From Setoptus koraiensis (lineage: Eukaryota > Animalia > Arthropoda): a stretch of 64,000 bases of DNA. The position numbers and the translations under genes were made by a program. The stretch lies in the NCBI GenBank assembly GCA_048013815.1, contig CM106585.1, positions 23,870,001 through 23,934,000 of the forward strand, in the 5' to 3' direction. Below are positions 50,801 through 64,000 of this stretch, piece by piece. Position 1 is the first letter of the stretch, and every line of letters starts with the position of its first letter. The notes beneath the pieces are model-generated. The model did not search any database and was not told the DNA's origin. It saw only the letters and a program-made list of their open reading frames with translations.

Positions 50801-52369
50801 GGCCGACAGAATATTAGGCACGAGTGCAAAGTATTCAAATCACGGAGACCCGGCATGTTTAAAGGGGCTCTCGCTTTCATATGCGAGTGTACAAGTGGCA
50901 ATGATACATTGTCAGCTTGCAGCGGCAACCACACGAGCCATCCAACCGACTGGCCCCAACTGGCCCCCACTGACTCACAACTGGATACCATTAGAAACGT
51001 TAATGGAACGAGAAAAGTTATGATGGAGTAAACAAATTCAGTTCGGATCATGCAAGTGAATTTGATACTCAAATAGAGAGATAGAGACAATTCTCGTGAG
51101 CATTCTCAACAGACTGATGCGATCACCAGTAATGCACACAAGATTAATTGATGCGATTCTCTTCTATTTTAACTGAAAATCCCTTTCTTTTTTTGTGTAT
51201 GCCCATCAGCATATATGCACATTAATGAGTCTGTAATGTGAAAAAGAGTCTTCGCCTCACACACTTAACAATTAGTAGGTTACTACATAATTAGCGTTGT
51301 CTGGTTTAGACATGGATAGAGAGGAGAGAGTTGAATAAATAAGTACGAAATCACATGATCAACTTTGATATTTGTTTCGTGCACTCGAATCCGGGTCGAT
51401 CAATTCAGGCATCCATAAATAATGAATGATATCACTATATCACTTGTGCCACAATACAAGCCATGCAAACCACGCAGCTTGTATAGGACACAACCACACT
51501 ACAACCACCAGCATACCGTCACACATTTACACTAGAGCCAGTTTGGCCGGTTTGGCCAGTTTCCATTGAGCAACAACGGATTAACAACAGCTCACCCGTT
51601 TGCCACGGGACCCGATAAATCGACCAAACCAGTGGCAGGCATTGACTTGGTTACTGCTAACCCGCTCTGTATCAGTTAGAAAGTTAATCTTGGGCCGAAG
51701 ACAGATAAAGCTTGCACAGGTAGATATGTCTTGCTGCTATCAAGTTGATAGGCCGTACACCGGTAACAGTGCAATATGTATGCACTGGCTTGGTTAACTC
51801 AGCTAGCAGTGATCAGTAATCAGTTATTGGTGGATACACAGCGAGTGGTAGCTTTTGCGACTTAGCACCCAAATTGAATTGCGTTGAGTTGCATAGAGAC
51901 CAAAATAAGGCTATACGCACAACACTATTAATCAATGTTTGAGGCAAGCCGGGCCCCACGATAGGGAGAATATGGGGAATATATTCAACAATGACAATGA
52001 TGACGTCCCCAATATGACGTAATACGACATTTCGCTCGTTTTGTTCAGGTGAAAAATAGATTTGAGTTAAGCTAGCGAGGCATGAGGAGTAGTAGGTGTG
52101 CGTTGTATGGTCAGCTGGAGTTTCCTTTTTGTCGCCAATATCACGCTTGATATAGTTTCTATAATAGGAAGAATAGTGGCGACAATAGTGGCGACAGTGA
52201 TTGTTAGAACAGTGTCAGTGTTCAAGGTCACATTAGTAACCATGACAAGAGAGCCTGATGTATTAATTCCGGTATCGCACAAAGCGACCTCGTTCGTATA
52301 ATGATTCACGCCAACACACACAAACATGCACATTCGTTTACTGAGCACCACCGACAACGACATCGACAG

Positions 52370-52373
52370 CAGC

Positions 52374-52408
<35 letters not shown>

Positions 52409-52443
52409 CGACAACAACCACGACGACAACAACAACAACAAAC
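52370..52443. repeat. Imperfect (CAA)n microsatellite
   Basis: Read directly from the sequence. Confidence 0.9.
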
Positions 52444-53955
52444 TAAAGCGAGCGAGTCCATTGATAACGTAGTTAGTTCAGCTGGTGCAGACGAACGAAA
52501 AAGAAGTGTCGTCTTTTTTCTTCTATTAGGCACGTCGTATCATAGTATGTCGCTTGGAATACGTTTGCAGCCAGTCAGCCAATCAATTCATTTGTGTTAT
52601 GCAATGGCAATGCCAGTATCGAGCAACATCTTGCCCTCGTGCACACGACTGATAGTTGCCTTTTAGCTTCTTGTCTAGACTGTTGGCAAATCCATTGGAC
52701 ACAAAATCAGGCGACAATTGCAGTTGCACTGTCGCAATGGATGATTCTGTCAATTTAAACAAACAACAGCACTTAATTTTCACAACGACCGACACAACAA
52801 CCGACACAACAACCGACACAACAACAGACATAGTGATGACACTCGTGGGTGACACCTCTGTGATACTAGTTATTATATATGTTTGCGCTCAGCAGCGCGG
52901 GCCTGATCTCGTCGGGAGGTTATCTCGTTGGATAATATATTATATAAAATAATGTAATGTCTTGCCAAATAATATGCTGCCAGAGGAAAAGGAGGAAGTA
53001 AAGGCTCTCATTGGTGCTAGTCGCCACACAAGTGAACACTGACTAGACTGACTCACCGTCATTGCTTGCACACCAAACATGACAAAGGCCAGCAGCAATA
53101 AACTATCTGACACTTAAACTAGCCATAACTATTACACAACAGCAACATTGTTTGGCTAGTAAGCTGTGCGGTGGTAAAAAACTAATAACATTTGATTCAA
53201 ACTGGCACTTAAATTAGCATTTGATGATAATAAGAAACATACACATTGCTGGTTGGCTGTTTAGCTGGTTGGCACTCACTTACGGCTACCGAGGTGCTGA
53301 TGCCGACGCTTAACTGCACCAAGACAGGCCAAAAGAGGCCAGTGAAAAACTCAATTTGAGACTGACCGCACGCCTCACATTACTAGCAACCATATTGGCC
53401 CGAATCGATGTTGCGTGGCTCAGTTGTATTCACATGTACTGGCTTGGCCCATTTAACTCACTGGCCAGAACGAGCTGAAACGAGCCGAAACGAGCCGAGA
53501 GGCTTGCACAAAACCAAACATTGAGTCGGTTAGTAAGCAAACTAACAGCACATGAAACTAGAGCCAGAGAGGGGGCCCAAGTTAGATCTGGGTATAATTG
53601 GAGGAGCAAGTTTCGGTTGGCATGTGCTTGCGCACTTTTGATCATTTGTAATGATCAGCAGTGTGTCTAGCCAGTCTATATCAATTTCAATTTGTCTCGA
53701 CACGAGTCGTCTTGTCTCGTGTCGACTCGTCTCACGTCGTCTCACGTCGACTGGTCTCGTCTGGTGTCGACTAAACTCAATTCAATCTACTTAACTCACT
53801 CCAATACGCCCAACTTAACTTATCCATAACCTATCTGCTTGTTCCAGAGTAAACAACTCACGATAAGACAACAACCACCAATCTTATCTTATAACTAGGC
53901 TACATGCAGCCCTGAGCCGTCGCTAGTCGCTGCTGCTGCCGTTGTTGTTGTTCAC

Positions 53956-54399
53956 TAGACACATAATCCATTGTGTACGTTCAAGTGGACAGATTTTGGC
54001 ACTTTTCAGTTGCGCAACTTGCCTAAACACATACACAACATTGATATAATATACCGTTATTGGATGCCTACAATCTTGCGCAACAACAACAGCGGCAGCA
54101 GCACCAACAACAGCAACAATAACGATACAACAACACATACGTGTGTCGTTACATAAGATGCAAGCGCGAAATACCATTGCAAAACAGATCGGCATCTAAT
54201 ATCGGTTGCAAGTTGCAAGTTGGTACAAGTGTGCAATTGTTGGCCTGGCGAAGGTGCCAAAATGTGTCCACTTGAACGTGCACAATGGATTGCGCGTCTA
54301 CCGAAAAAAACAACAACTGCTACCACTAGCGACTGTGCCGTGTGTGTAGCAAAGTGATAAGATTGGTGTGATGAAAGTGCCAAAATCTGTCCACTTGAA
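53956..54399. repeat. Inverted repeat with one left arm and two alternative right arms
   Basis: 53965-54005 vs 54251-54291: 38/41 reverse-complement identity. 53980-54005 vs 54374-54399: perfect 26-bp inverted repeat. Confidence 0.9.
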
Positions 54400-54748
54400 T
54401 ATAGCGGTTGTCGGATTATTTTCACTGCTTGTCGAGTGATAAGAAGAGAGCAGCAGTTGCGGTTCAAGGTTTGCTTACTCAAACATACATACGCCACACA
54501 ATGGGACAGACATAGCCGCCACCTAGCTAGACACAGTAGCAAGCTGGGGATATTTATTCTTGGAAGAGGCACCAGCACAGAATGCTGCTCGAGGAATGTA
54601 GAGGATAAAGGCAACAACAATTTGCTCGCTGGGGTCAAAAGCCAAATAGGTGAAACTGACCCAATGCTACAACAACTACTACTAATGGTTACATGAGCCA
54701 GTGCCACTGACTGCACACAGCTTAGCAAAAATGCCAAGGTGAGGTTTT

Positions 54749-54850
54749 CTTGGTTTCCCTTTTCGTTTGTTGGTTTCTCTTTTCGTTTGTTGGTTTCTCT
54801 TTTCGTTTGTTGGTTTCTCTTTTCGCTTGTTGGTTTCTCTTTTCGCTTGC
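54749..54850. repeat. 20-bp tandem repeat (TTTCGTTTGTTGGTTTCTCT) x ~5
   Basis: Read directly from the sequence. Confidence 0.95.
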
Positions 54851-57800
54851 TGCTTTCGTGCAGGGGTTCGCCCCCAAGGAGCCTCTGTCTGAAAGGGCCT
54901 CCAAGCGATGCCAAGCATCGTATATAAAAGAGGTATGTACATGTACGAGGCATCGTATATAAAGGAGCCATCATATTATATGATTCATATATAAATAGTA
55001 TAACAGTAGAGGGTGTGACAGCAACTATTTGATTTGATTTTATCCAACGACACACCTCAATGGATATATATAGATGTTTAGTTGGTGCGTGCCACCTACT
55101 ACAAAACAAAACATGAAATTGTTAGAGCACGAGTAACCGGCAGCCAGACAAAACTTTGGCCAGACAGTGTGCGCATCTACACGATCTATAGATCAAGTTA
55201 GTGGCCAGATCAGCAGAGATGAAACTGATGACCCGTTTAATTAAATCAGAGCGTGTCCGAATGAATTGAATTCCAATAGTAAGTGAGCCAGCGAATCGCT
55301 AAATTGGCCAGACAATCAGTCGGTGGGCGCTAACAATGCGCGTACTTTGGTATGCATGAAAATTTGCTACCAACTAAAAGAGTGTCCATGATGATGTGAC
55401 ACTTATAAAAGCTGGTGGCTATGCTCGATTGCTGATACTAAAAATAATTTATCTGTCATCACCGGCTTGCCCAACTGGCGCCAGGCTGCCGATGTTATAT
55501 ATAAAAATATATTATTGTGCGAGTTGGTCATTTAATAAGCTGCAAAATATCCTGTTTACTGGCTAATACTTCGACCGGCTATCTAATCAACCAGCCAGAC
55601 GGAAATCAGCACGTTGGACGGAAGTGAATCAAAATTCACATCACACACCCACGGAAAGTGTAAAAGTTGTAACACATTGACACACTTTTAGATGCGGAAT
55701 ACGATGCACTTGGTATTCCGACACACGCGCACCTCATCTAGGAATGCAGAACTGGTGATAACACCTAATCATGAGTCTTGGTTAGTGTAACAAAGGTAAA
55801 CACTATTACAGGCACTATCTATGTTGTGTGGAGGCGAAATAAGCTCACTTATAAACACTGTGATTTAATGGTATGGGCTGAGCCTTTTAATCTGGTTCAT
55901 GCAAGATTGCAGTTTGTTGGCAAACAGGCCCAAACCAGACACTGAAATTGAGTGCTTGCCTGTCAAAGGGGGCAAAAAAGGTGCCCAAAGTGCAATTCTA
56001 TATATAAATTTCCGGTTAATTCATTCTTTGGCCTGTTTATGGCCCGTTCCGTGTGTGGTGGTGATGATCGGCCGACAGCGGCCAGTTGCTGGGACAAGTG
56101 GGGATTGGGCACATCCTAAGTACCCTAATATTGGGCCGCCTAAGCCAAATAAGCGCAGACAGCGACACAGAGAGAAACCCTAAAAAGTAGTTTCCATGTA
56201 ATTTGTTGCAGCACACAACATAGTGATGTTGTTAGCTGTGTATTACCTGGCCAGGTTATAGTGGCAACAAAAGTTATATACGTTATATGTATTGTTTGTT
56301 TGCCTCATGTTGTCGGCGACTAACTATTTGCTGTGTGGACCGTCTGTTATGTGTTGTGTTATTTGTTGTTTTCGTCATTGTGGTGAGAGGCTTGCCGTTG
56401 GGTGGTGTTAGTGCTATTACGTCAGATACGTGCTGCTGATGATGACGGTGACGCCAACAATGAACTGAGTGGCAGCGAGACAGCGACAATGAGCGAGAGT
56501 GAGCGAGAGAGAGCAAGAGAGATTGAGAACAATGACAATATAGATTAGCCTCTAGTTGCTCATTATACACTAGCCAGAGGCAATCTAATGAGCGCACTGT
56601 GTGTCTGAATAAAAGACCTCTCTCGCTTATCATTTGTTACACTCGATATAGAGCACTAATGACGACCAAGCCGCCTAATCAGGAGAACTGGCTCCCTCCA
56701 GTTGCTTATTGATACTGGCCGCCGCCACAACTGGCCGCAACTGACCGAAACGCACCGAAACTGGCCGAAATTCGCGTCAAAACATCACGATTTGCAGCGA
56801 GCACCAGCGAGCGAACTGAAACAAACCGAAACAAGCAGAAACAAGCAGAAAAGAAGAGAAAGAACGCGAATGGACGAAACAAAGCAGATGAATACACACA
56901 CACACACACACACTCACACAAGTCAACAATCTAGGTGATTTGCACTAAATTAAGTCTCGCAACCACCAGCCAACAACCACCGGCCAACAACCACCGGCCA
57001 ACAACCACCAAGCCAACGAGTTGTGCGCAGCGACAGCTGACAAGCGACAGCGACCAGCGCCCACAATCCGTCCTAATCAAATGCGCTGTGTGAGTGCAAT
57101 ACATTGCAACAACATGACTCGAGTGGGCCCCACCGACAATGTGTAGCTGATATGGCTGATATAACTGATATAGCTGATATAGCTGATATAGTTGATTCGG
57201 TGAGCGCAAGAACGCGAACTTAAGCGACAATGCGAAATGAGACAGATCTGGATACACTCTCTCTCTCTCTCTCTCTCTTTGCTGGCCTCGCTGCGGGCGC
57301 TGCTTGGGACCCATTTAGCACTATTGCCATTATAATAAATCGCCATCATCATCGTGCTCATTGGTCTCTCTGTGGCCCTCGTATAACGATAGCCACCTGT
57401 TTTCGTGTGTGTACTCTTTTGTTTGTTTGCCTGCCGTTTGCTAATAACTTGCTGCTGCTGCATTAAACCGATACCCGCGCTACAACTGGCTTTTGAACTG
57501 GCCAGAGTTGGGGGCCAAAAGAGGCGACAGAGCGAGCGAGATTTTTACCTGTCCTGTACCTTTGTCTGTGGCTGTGCCACTGCAAAAACCAGGACCAAAT
57601 AAACTAAAGTGGGCAACACTCTATTGGCACTCGACCTGGCATACATAATGAATGATGAGGCAACGAAGGGGCCAACAACAACGATAACAACCAAAGAGAG
57701 AGAGAGACAAAAAGAACGGAACAAGAGACAAGTCAAAATCGCCCAGAGAGGTGGTATTGTAATTCTTGTATTTGTATGTAATCATCATCATTGCATGGGA

Positions 57801-57859
57801 AACTGTTGTGCAATATCGTGATATTGTATATGTGAGTGTGTGTTTGTGGGCGCACTTAC

Positions 57860-58241
57860 CTTTCGTTTGGAGCGAGCTATCCTCATGTCGCGTGCATTCT
57901 CGGCCTCGCCAGGCGTCCTTTTGCCCCAAACAACAATGGCTATTCGGGTATAGGTGATGACCAACACAAATAAGGGCAATATGAATTGTAAAAACATGAG
58001 CGCCATGGAATAGTATTGACGATTGTTCTGTGATTCCCATTGCTCGCTGCAACTGTATTTATCGTTCAAATTTGGCGTTGCTATCAAACCAGACAGAATG
58101 GCCGTCGGCAATGTAGTGAGAATGGCCGCTGACCAAATAACAACAATGATTATCTTGGATTGTAGTTTAGTCATACGCAACCTCATTGGATACATAATGG
58201 CCAGGTAACGGTCAATAGAGATGGCCACCATGGTGTAGGCG
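57860..58241 (-). CDS. RYa-R: RYamide receptor-type GPCR, exon 3 (end of TM3 with DRY, TM4, ECL2, TM5, ICL3)
   Basis: AYTMVAISIDRYLAIMYP...CSEQW...FILPLFVLVITYTRIAIVVWGKRTPGEAENARDMRIARSKRK. The KRxPGEAE...RSKRK ICL3 signature is typical of RYamide/NepYr receptors. Acceptor AAG, donor GTAAGT. Confidence 0.92.
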
Positions 58242-58289
58242 CTTCATAGGGATTTACACAATACAATGTTACATTACACAGTGTTACAA

Positions 58290-58440
58290 TGGAGCAATGA
58301 TGCAATGGTGCAATGATGCAAAGGTGCAGTGGTGCAGTGGTGCAACGGTGCAATGGTGCAATGATGCAACGGTGCAATGATGCAATGAAGCAATGATGCA
58401 ACGACACATTGATACATCGGTGCATTGATACAATGATACA
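58290..58440. repeat. Degenerate 8-bp tandem repeat (CAATG(A/G)TG) in RYa-R intron 2
   Basis: Read directly from the sequence. Confidence 0.85.
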
Positions 58441-58787
58441 AAGATGGAGTGATAGAGGTGTAGAGAGTTAGTAGATATACATAGAGAGAGAGAGAGATGC
58501 TTGTTAGTGGGCCGGTTCTGTATCTTTTGTCTTTCTCTCTGTTTGACCCTCTCTAACTCGATGCACTTATATTGTCACGCTGATACTGATCATGTAGCGC
58601 CAACAAATTTTGTTTATATATATACTACTACCACTACAAAGACCATCAATGACACAAACGCAAACACTAAAGCAAAAGCAAACACAAACAACTGCTTGCA
58701 GGGCCTTCTTACGTAACCATTGTGGTCTATTTAATCACTCACTACTCGTCTTGTTGTGTCGCATTAACCGCCAATGATTACACTTAC

Positions 58788-59050
58788 CTGACAAAGACAG
58801 AATTGGCTTGAGCGTATGACACTATAACACACATGGCGGCGCCAAATGGCCAATATTGGTATATTAAATTACTAACAAAAGCGAATGGTATGCAAACTAG
58901 GGCCATAAGTATGTCACCAAGGGCTAGATTTACAATAAAATAGTTGGTGGCAGTTCGCATCCGTTGACTAGATAATACTATATAACAAACAATAAGGTTA
59001 CTTGTGACAGCAGCAACAGCTAACGAACCATACATAATGTACATGAGAGC
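58788..59050 (-). CDS. RYa-R: RYamide receptor-type GPCR, exon 2 (TM1-TM3)
   Basis: ALMYIMYGSLAVAAVTSNLIVCYIV...RMRTATNYFIVNLALGDILMALVCIPF...WPFGAAMC...SVFV. Acceptor CATAG at 59051, donor AG|GTAAGT at 58787. Confidence 0.92.
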
Positions 59051-59339
59051 CTATGTATGTATATGTCATTGCAAATATAAATATATTTGCGTGTGTGTGA
59101 TATATGAATATTGGTGATGATGAGGTGAATCGATGAGTGGAACAAAGGGAGAGAGAGAGAGAGAGAGAGTTATGTAATTAATGTAATGCAGTGTCAATGA
59201 TTGATTGATAGCGATTGCATGTGCACATAAAACAAATGGATTGAATTTGACAGTAGCAGCTATGGTTGAGCACATTACCACAACCACTTATGCATATTGG
59301 CATATGTATGAATCAATCTGAATACTTATTTATACTCAC

Positions 59340-59633
59340 CACAACCTCATTTTGAATACCCGTTCGCTCTGCCGCGGTTATGGTCGAATGGCCGGAGTCG
59401 AATATGTTCATTGTGCTCACCATTGGAGTTGACGATAACGATATCGATGATGACGGTGTTGAGGTTGGTGCTGAGGTTGAGGTTAAGGTCAACGAGTACG
59501 ACGACGAGTACAAAGAAGAGGAAGACGGTTCTACTTGAAAGAATGATGATAAATCATTCATTGTCGTCAAAGCAGATGATGGCCTTGCTTGTGCGATTGG
59601 CATTGATATTGCTGATAATTCAAATGGTGGCAT
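59340..59633 (-). CDS. RYa-R: RYamide receptor-type GPCR, exon 1 (Ser/Thr-rich N-terminus, 98 aa)
   Basis: ORF MPPFELS...GIQNEVV ends at donor GTGAGT (59339), in phase 0 with exon 2. The start codon is less certain. Confidence 0.75.
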
Positions 59634-61473
59634 CTTGTTTTTTGCTAACCAACTAATTAACTAATTAGAAAGAACAAGCTCGATCAACTTTAACAAATAA
59701 CAGCCACTCATATTGCTGATCATTATAAGGATTCCGATTGGACAATGCAAACGCATCATGCTTATGCAATAATCATGCTCGCAAACATCGTGTAGTCATT
59801 AGTTTGATTCTTTATCTATTATATTGATTAGTTATTTTGGTTCTTCTTAAATATAGATATCACTGTAATGTGTAATTGTAAGACCAATTATTATGAGATA
59901 AGTCGAGTTACACCATTTGCAAAAGAGCATTAGAGGAGGTGACATTATTCTGAGACGGTTCTCTGTATATTGAACTGTGTGCGATAATGAATGTTAACCT
60001 ATGAGGTGTTGACGTATATCGTGTGTGATATCACCAAAAAGCTTTATACCTTTCTCTCACTTTTAACATGGGTCTTATAGCCAACAAACTACGGGATCAA
60101 GTTGCTAAGCTGTGTCATTTTAAAGCGAATGCTGTTTTCTGATAGTTGACATGGTAATCCTTTCACTTAATGAGTCAACTCCAACAAGTCAAGCCAGTTG
60201 TCGTGGCTAGTGCCATGGAATCACTTGAAGATATATGAGTAGACAACTTTGTCTCTTGAGTGCTACCTGTGTTTGTGAATGAATTACCAAATTTCAATGG
60301 ATCGTATTGAAAAAACTTTTTTATTCATCACTCTAAACATTGTAAAGTAGCACTCTGTAACAATGTGCAACAACCACTCTTTCACTGGTCTCACTAACTC
60401 TTTCGCTTGCGTGATTTTCCATCAACAGGAAATATTATCATAAATGTGCTTCTTTTTACTACATACATCTGCAATCAACTTCTTAGAAAAGATTTTCGTA
60501 TAACATCTTCAGGATTTTCACTGCACGCTTTTTTTCATCGTTCTCATAGCAATAGCATACATCTGTAGTGCTGATGAACTTGCTGGAATTTGTTCATACT
60601 ATCTTCATTTATTTAGGAACTTAGAACTTGATTAATTCATATTTGATCGATTCTTCGCGGCAACATGACTTAAGTATCGTAGAGAACAAAAGATTGTCTT
60701 TATCGCTACGTAAGTTGCAGCAACGACAGTGGATACTTTAATCAAAAGATTAATTGAAATGCAGCGTTCAATTTCGTTTCTAATAGACAGTAGAAGATAC
60801 ATACATTGGTTTGACTATCTAAATTGGCGAAACAAGTTGCAAATCAAAGGTGAGGCGTCATTCACAATTTGAAGCTAGTGATGATATATAACTATTATAT
60901 CTGCCACTAAATTATTTAACTATTTTTTCACTTTGCGGGAGCGTAACTGGATTCGACAACCTGATCGTTCCGATCGAGATTATTCAATTGATCCGTTCAA
61001 CGCCAATGCCACCACCAACGACTAAACTCTCACTAGATTCGCTGAACCCATTCCGACGCGACTGAACTCTGTTAGAGGCTAAATCTATCATGAAATTAGA
61101 GCATGCGCCTCAAAGTCTCGAATTCAACCTTCGCAAAGATGCACGAAAGTGCCTAGCGACAAGCGCTTGCCAGGGCATCTAGCGAACAGACAATAAAGAT
61201 GGTCTATATGACAACACAGAGATAAGTAACGACGAAATCAGGTGTAGGCGAGTATATAGCCTGAGGCTGGCCTTATTTTGAATTTATTCATTCCTACTAC
61301 ATATCGACATACCATTAGGATAAAGATGTGTTTTGCATCAATAATAATATGAGAGGTTGATTTGTTTGAAAAATATAATTATTCCTAATTTGAGTTCTAG
61401 TTGTGATTCACATATGACAAGCAATGATATCTCAGTTGCGCTTTGCCCTTGACCATGGAGACTTGACTTCTTC

Positions 61474-63074
61474 TTACATGGCAAAATGCGAACGAACTAG
61501 ATCGGATAGAAAAGAAAAAATAATAATGATTTAGATGCATGTCTAATATACATGTGCAAATTGGAAGTGTAAAGGTTTAGTTTTTTGGTAGTTATACTGT
61601 GTAAATGAAAGAAAATCTCACCTTTTAAATCTGTTGTTAAATCGTATGTCTTAAATGAATTGCACTTACTAACTCCACCAACTGCCACCATCGCGGGCAA
61701 ATCAGGGCACATGCTCAAACTCAAGATACTACCAACTTTAAGATCAGTCAATTCTTTTACCAAATTTGGTGGTGTAACTGACGTGCTACCGGAGGTCGAA
61801 ACATCATTCATATCCCAAACTTTAATTGTATCGTCAGCTGAGGCGGTAATTAGCATTGACTGATAAACAGGACTGAATCTAAGACCTGTAACTGAACTCT
61901 GGTGAGCTTGGAATTTAAATAATGGCACTTGATTAGATGAACGTGAATCATAGTAGTATACGTAACCTTGGTCATCTGAAACGAGGAAATTAGTTGGTTT
62001 AGTCGGATGCCACAAAACCTTCTCGATTTCGCCACATATCTTCCATCTATTGATAGAATCACTACTCCTTGTGTCTATCAACGATATGTTTTTGCTTAGA
62101 TCACCAGCCAATAATAAATGAGGCTCTACATAATTGAATTCTACAGAAGATATTTTCCCAGGCATCTTGATTTTGCTATGAGATTTGCATTCATCTAAGT
62201 TCCATAATCTAACAGTTTTATCAGCACTTCCACTGGCCATAATATTTTTTAATATAGTATTCCAACTTAGATCTATTGTTGCGTCTTTGTGGCCTTCTAG
62301 GTGGGCCAGAGGTTCAATAACATCGACAACATCAAGGTCCCACAAGTTTATTCCAGGATTCATGTCTCCAACAGCAGCGTAGTTGTGATTGCTTTCGCCT
62401 TTAGCGTATCCTAAAGCAAGAACACAACATGGGTAATCTGTGAGTATGATATCATGATGTAAATAGAATTCTTTTTCTTCGTTATCGTAGACGTAAACTT
62501 CAAGAGATGAAGATCCTTTGCTAACATGACCGCAAACAATCAAATTGTTCGTTGGTTTTATAGTGAGGTCATCTTCTTCATCTTCGTCGCTCGCGGCTTC
62601 TTGATTATCTTGTAAATAGGGATCTTCCCGATTTGAAGCATAGTAGGTAAGAGCGGCCAAGTCCCTGGCTAGATCTTGCTCTCCACTGACGCCCGCGATC
62701 TCTTCATCGTCATCATCACTTGCACAATTCTCCAAGCTGGCTCTGATATTATCATCGTCATAGTCATCCAGACCATATTCTTGCATAATGGCAACATCAT
62801 CTTCATCTAAATTCATTCTGATTCCATTGAGTGATGCGTCTTGGCCCGCAGTTTCCATTGGTTGTTCGCCATCCTTCTCGACAGATTGAGTTGTTGCCCG
62901 TGATCTCTTAACCAACTTATCTCTATTTTCTTTTGCCTTATTCTTCGCCGACTCTATAACTACACGTAGTTGTTCTGGTTCCAATCTCAATCGTTCTGGA
63001 TTAGACTTGGCGACACCCCGTGCAATCCAGTGAGTGCACGGAAATATATTCGCTGTCGGTGGGGGCATGGACAC
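61474..63074 (-). CDS. PWP1: Periodic tryptophan protein 1 homolog (WD40); join(complement 63074..61622, 61496..61474)
   Basis: Acidic N-terminus, LTYYASNREDPYL, IKPTNNLIVCG, LEVYVYD...HHDIIL and WD repeats (GHKDATIDLSWN, SGSADKTVRLW, AHQSSVTGL). Probable 125-bp intron G|GTGAGA...CTAG with terminal exon VRSHFAM*; the last exon is inferred. Confidence 0.9.
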
Positions 63075-64000
63075 AGTTATATAGTTAGTGTTTTTTTTTC
63101 GATAAATAGTACCAAAGCATAAAATATTGTGAACAATATGTAATGTTGAACGATTTATATCAGTTTGATGTATTTGGTTGTTTCAAGGGATAAATAATAA
63201 TAATGGGAAAAGAATTTGATGATACATATGTATTTTTATAAGTATGTTTCATTTCTGACTTCAGTTACACTTGCGCACAAAATGTTTTGGCCAGGGGATG
63301 GCACACGTATGCCGATTTTGTGAGCAGAACTTTATGAACACTGGCATGAGAACACATAGGGTGGCCGCGTGGATACTGAGAGGACCCTGTACGTCCCATC
63401 TAATCGATCCCATCACCGAATACTTCTTCACTTCCTCTGAACTACCTCAACACCCAAACATACACTTCGTATCACATGTATCTCAGGCTAACAATATCCG
63501 AAAGACGCTTCATCTCACAAGGGGACCGTGGAACGACAATATTACCACTGATGAATATTCACATGTTCATATTCACACACGAATATATTCACTAACAGCA
63601 TATGAATAGTAGTGTTTGTATCCCGAACACTTGGGCTGTGCACTTCATTCGATAATCTTACATACAGAATCACGATATTCACAAGCTCGTATCCCTCAGC
63701 GCCTGTAGTATACCTTCTAGTCGGCAACATAACGTAGCCGTTACAGTATGAACAGCCGATGCGCCACCTCGCGTCGAAAAACACGCACACTCATAGGCTA
63801 GAATGAGTGCTCAATTAAATCAAAATAAATAAACATTTAACGTAACACTTTACCCTTGTATGTGCATCAAACACGATCTGCGCGCCCCTGGCGGAATTAT
63901 GTTTGCAACAGACGATTAGCATTGAGAAAAGCGCACACAGTGTGCCTGGGAGCCTGTGTGCTCTTGCACGCAGAGTCGGTGAGATACATGAGATTACACC

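Noticed and set aside
60300-61250. Coding-like purine-biased stretches between RYa-R and PWP1 (similar ones at 37450-37950, 43540-44000 and 46350-47950)
   Set aside because: They are interrupted by stops in the frames I translated and I recognised no family motif; probably very old transposon or pseudogene debris.
63310-63360. C2H2-like CRFCEQNF...H in ORF 63271-63609
   Set aside because: The C-to-H spacing is one residue short, the second His is missing, and there is no supporting domain.

Overview
Eukaryotic (arthropod, probably mite-like; this is an inference) genomic DNA in four zones. (1) 1-9.3 kb is a transposon-rich block. It holds several copies of a modular Helentron/HINE-like non-autonomous repeat carrying different internal tandem arrays, a Ty3/gypsy-type capsid-only gag ORF (-), a C-terminally truncated hAT-family (CGGBP1-like) transposase (+) and a small hAT-like MITE remnant. 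(2) 9.3-19.5 kb is a low-complexity block with no recognisable gene but at least 26 CAGGTG E2-boxes, roughly 8-fold above my hand estimate of chance, several of them as inverted pairs. (3) 20-29 kb is a compact, intron-poor gene cluster: LHPP (3 exons), glycogen phosphorylase, polyprenol reductase and a Spaetzle-family ligand. (4) 29.1-59.6 kb is a four-exon RYamide-receptor-type GPCR (-, about 1080 aa). It has a 26.4-kb third intron, a distant-branch-point-like acceptor and a C-terminal tail of about 700 aa. PWP1 (-) follows at 61.5-63.1 kb. I saw no rRNA, tRNA or CRISPR features. Most short ORFs in the supplied track are microsatellite or antisense artefacts. All family assignments come from recognising motifs by eye; no database search was run.
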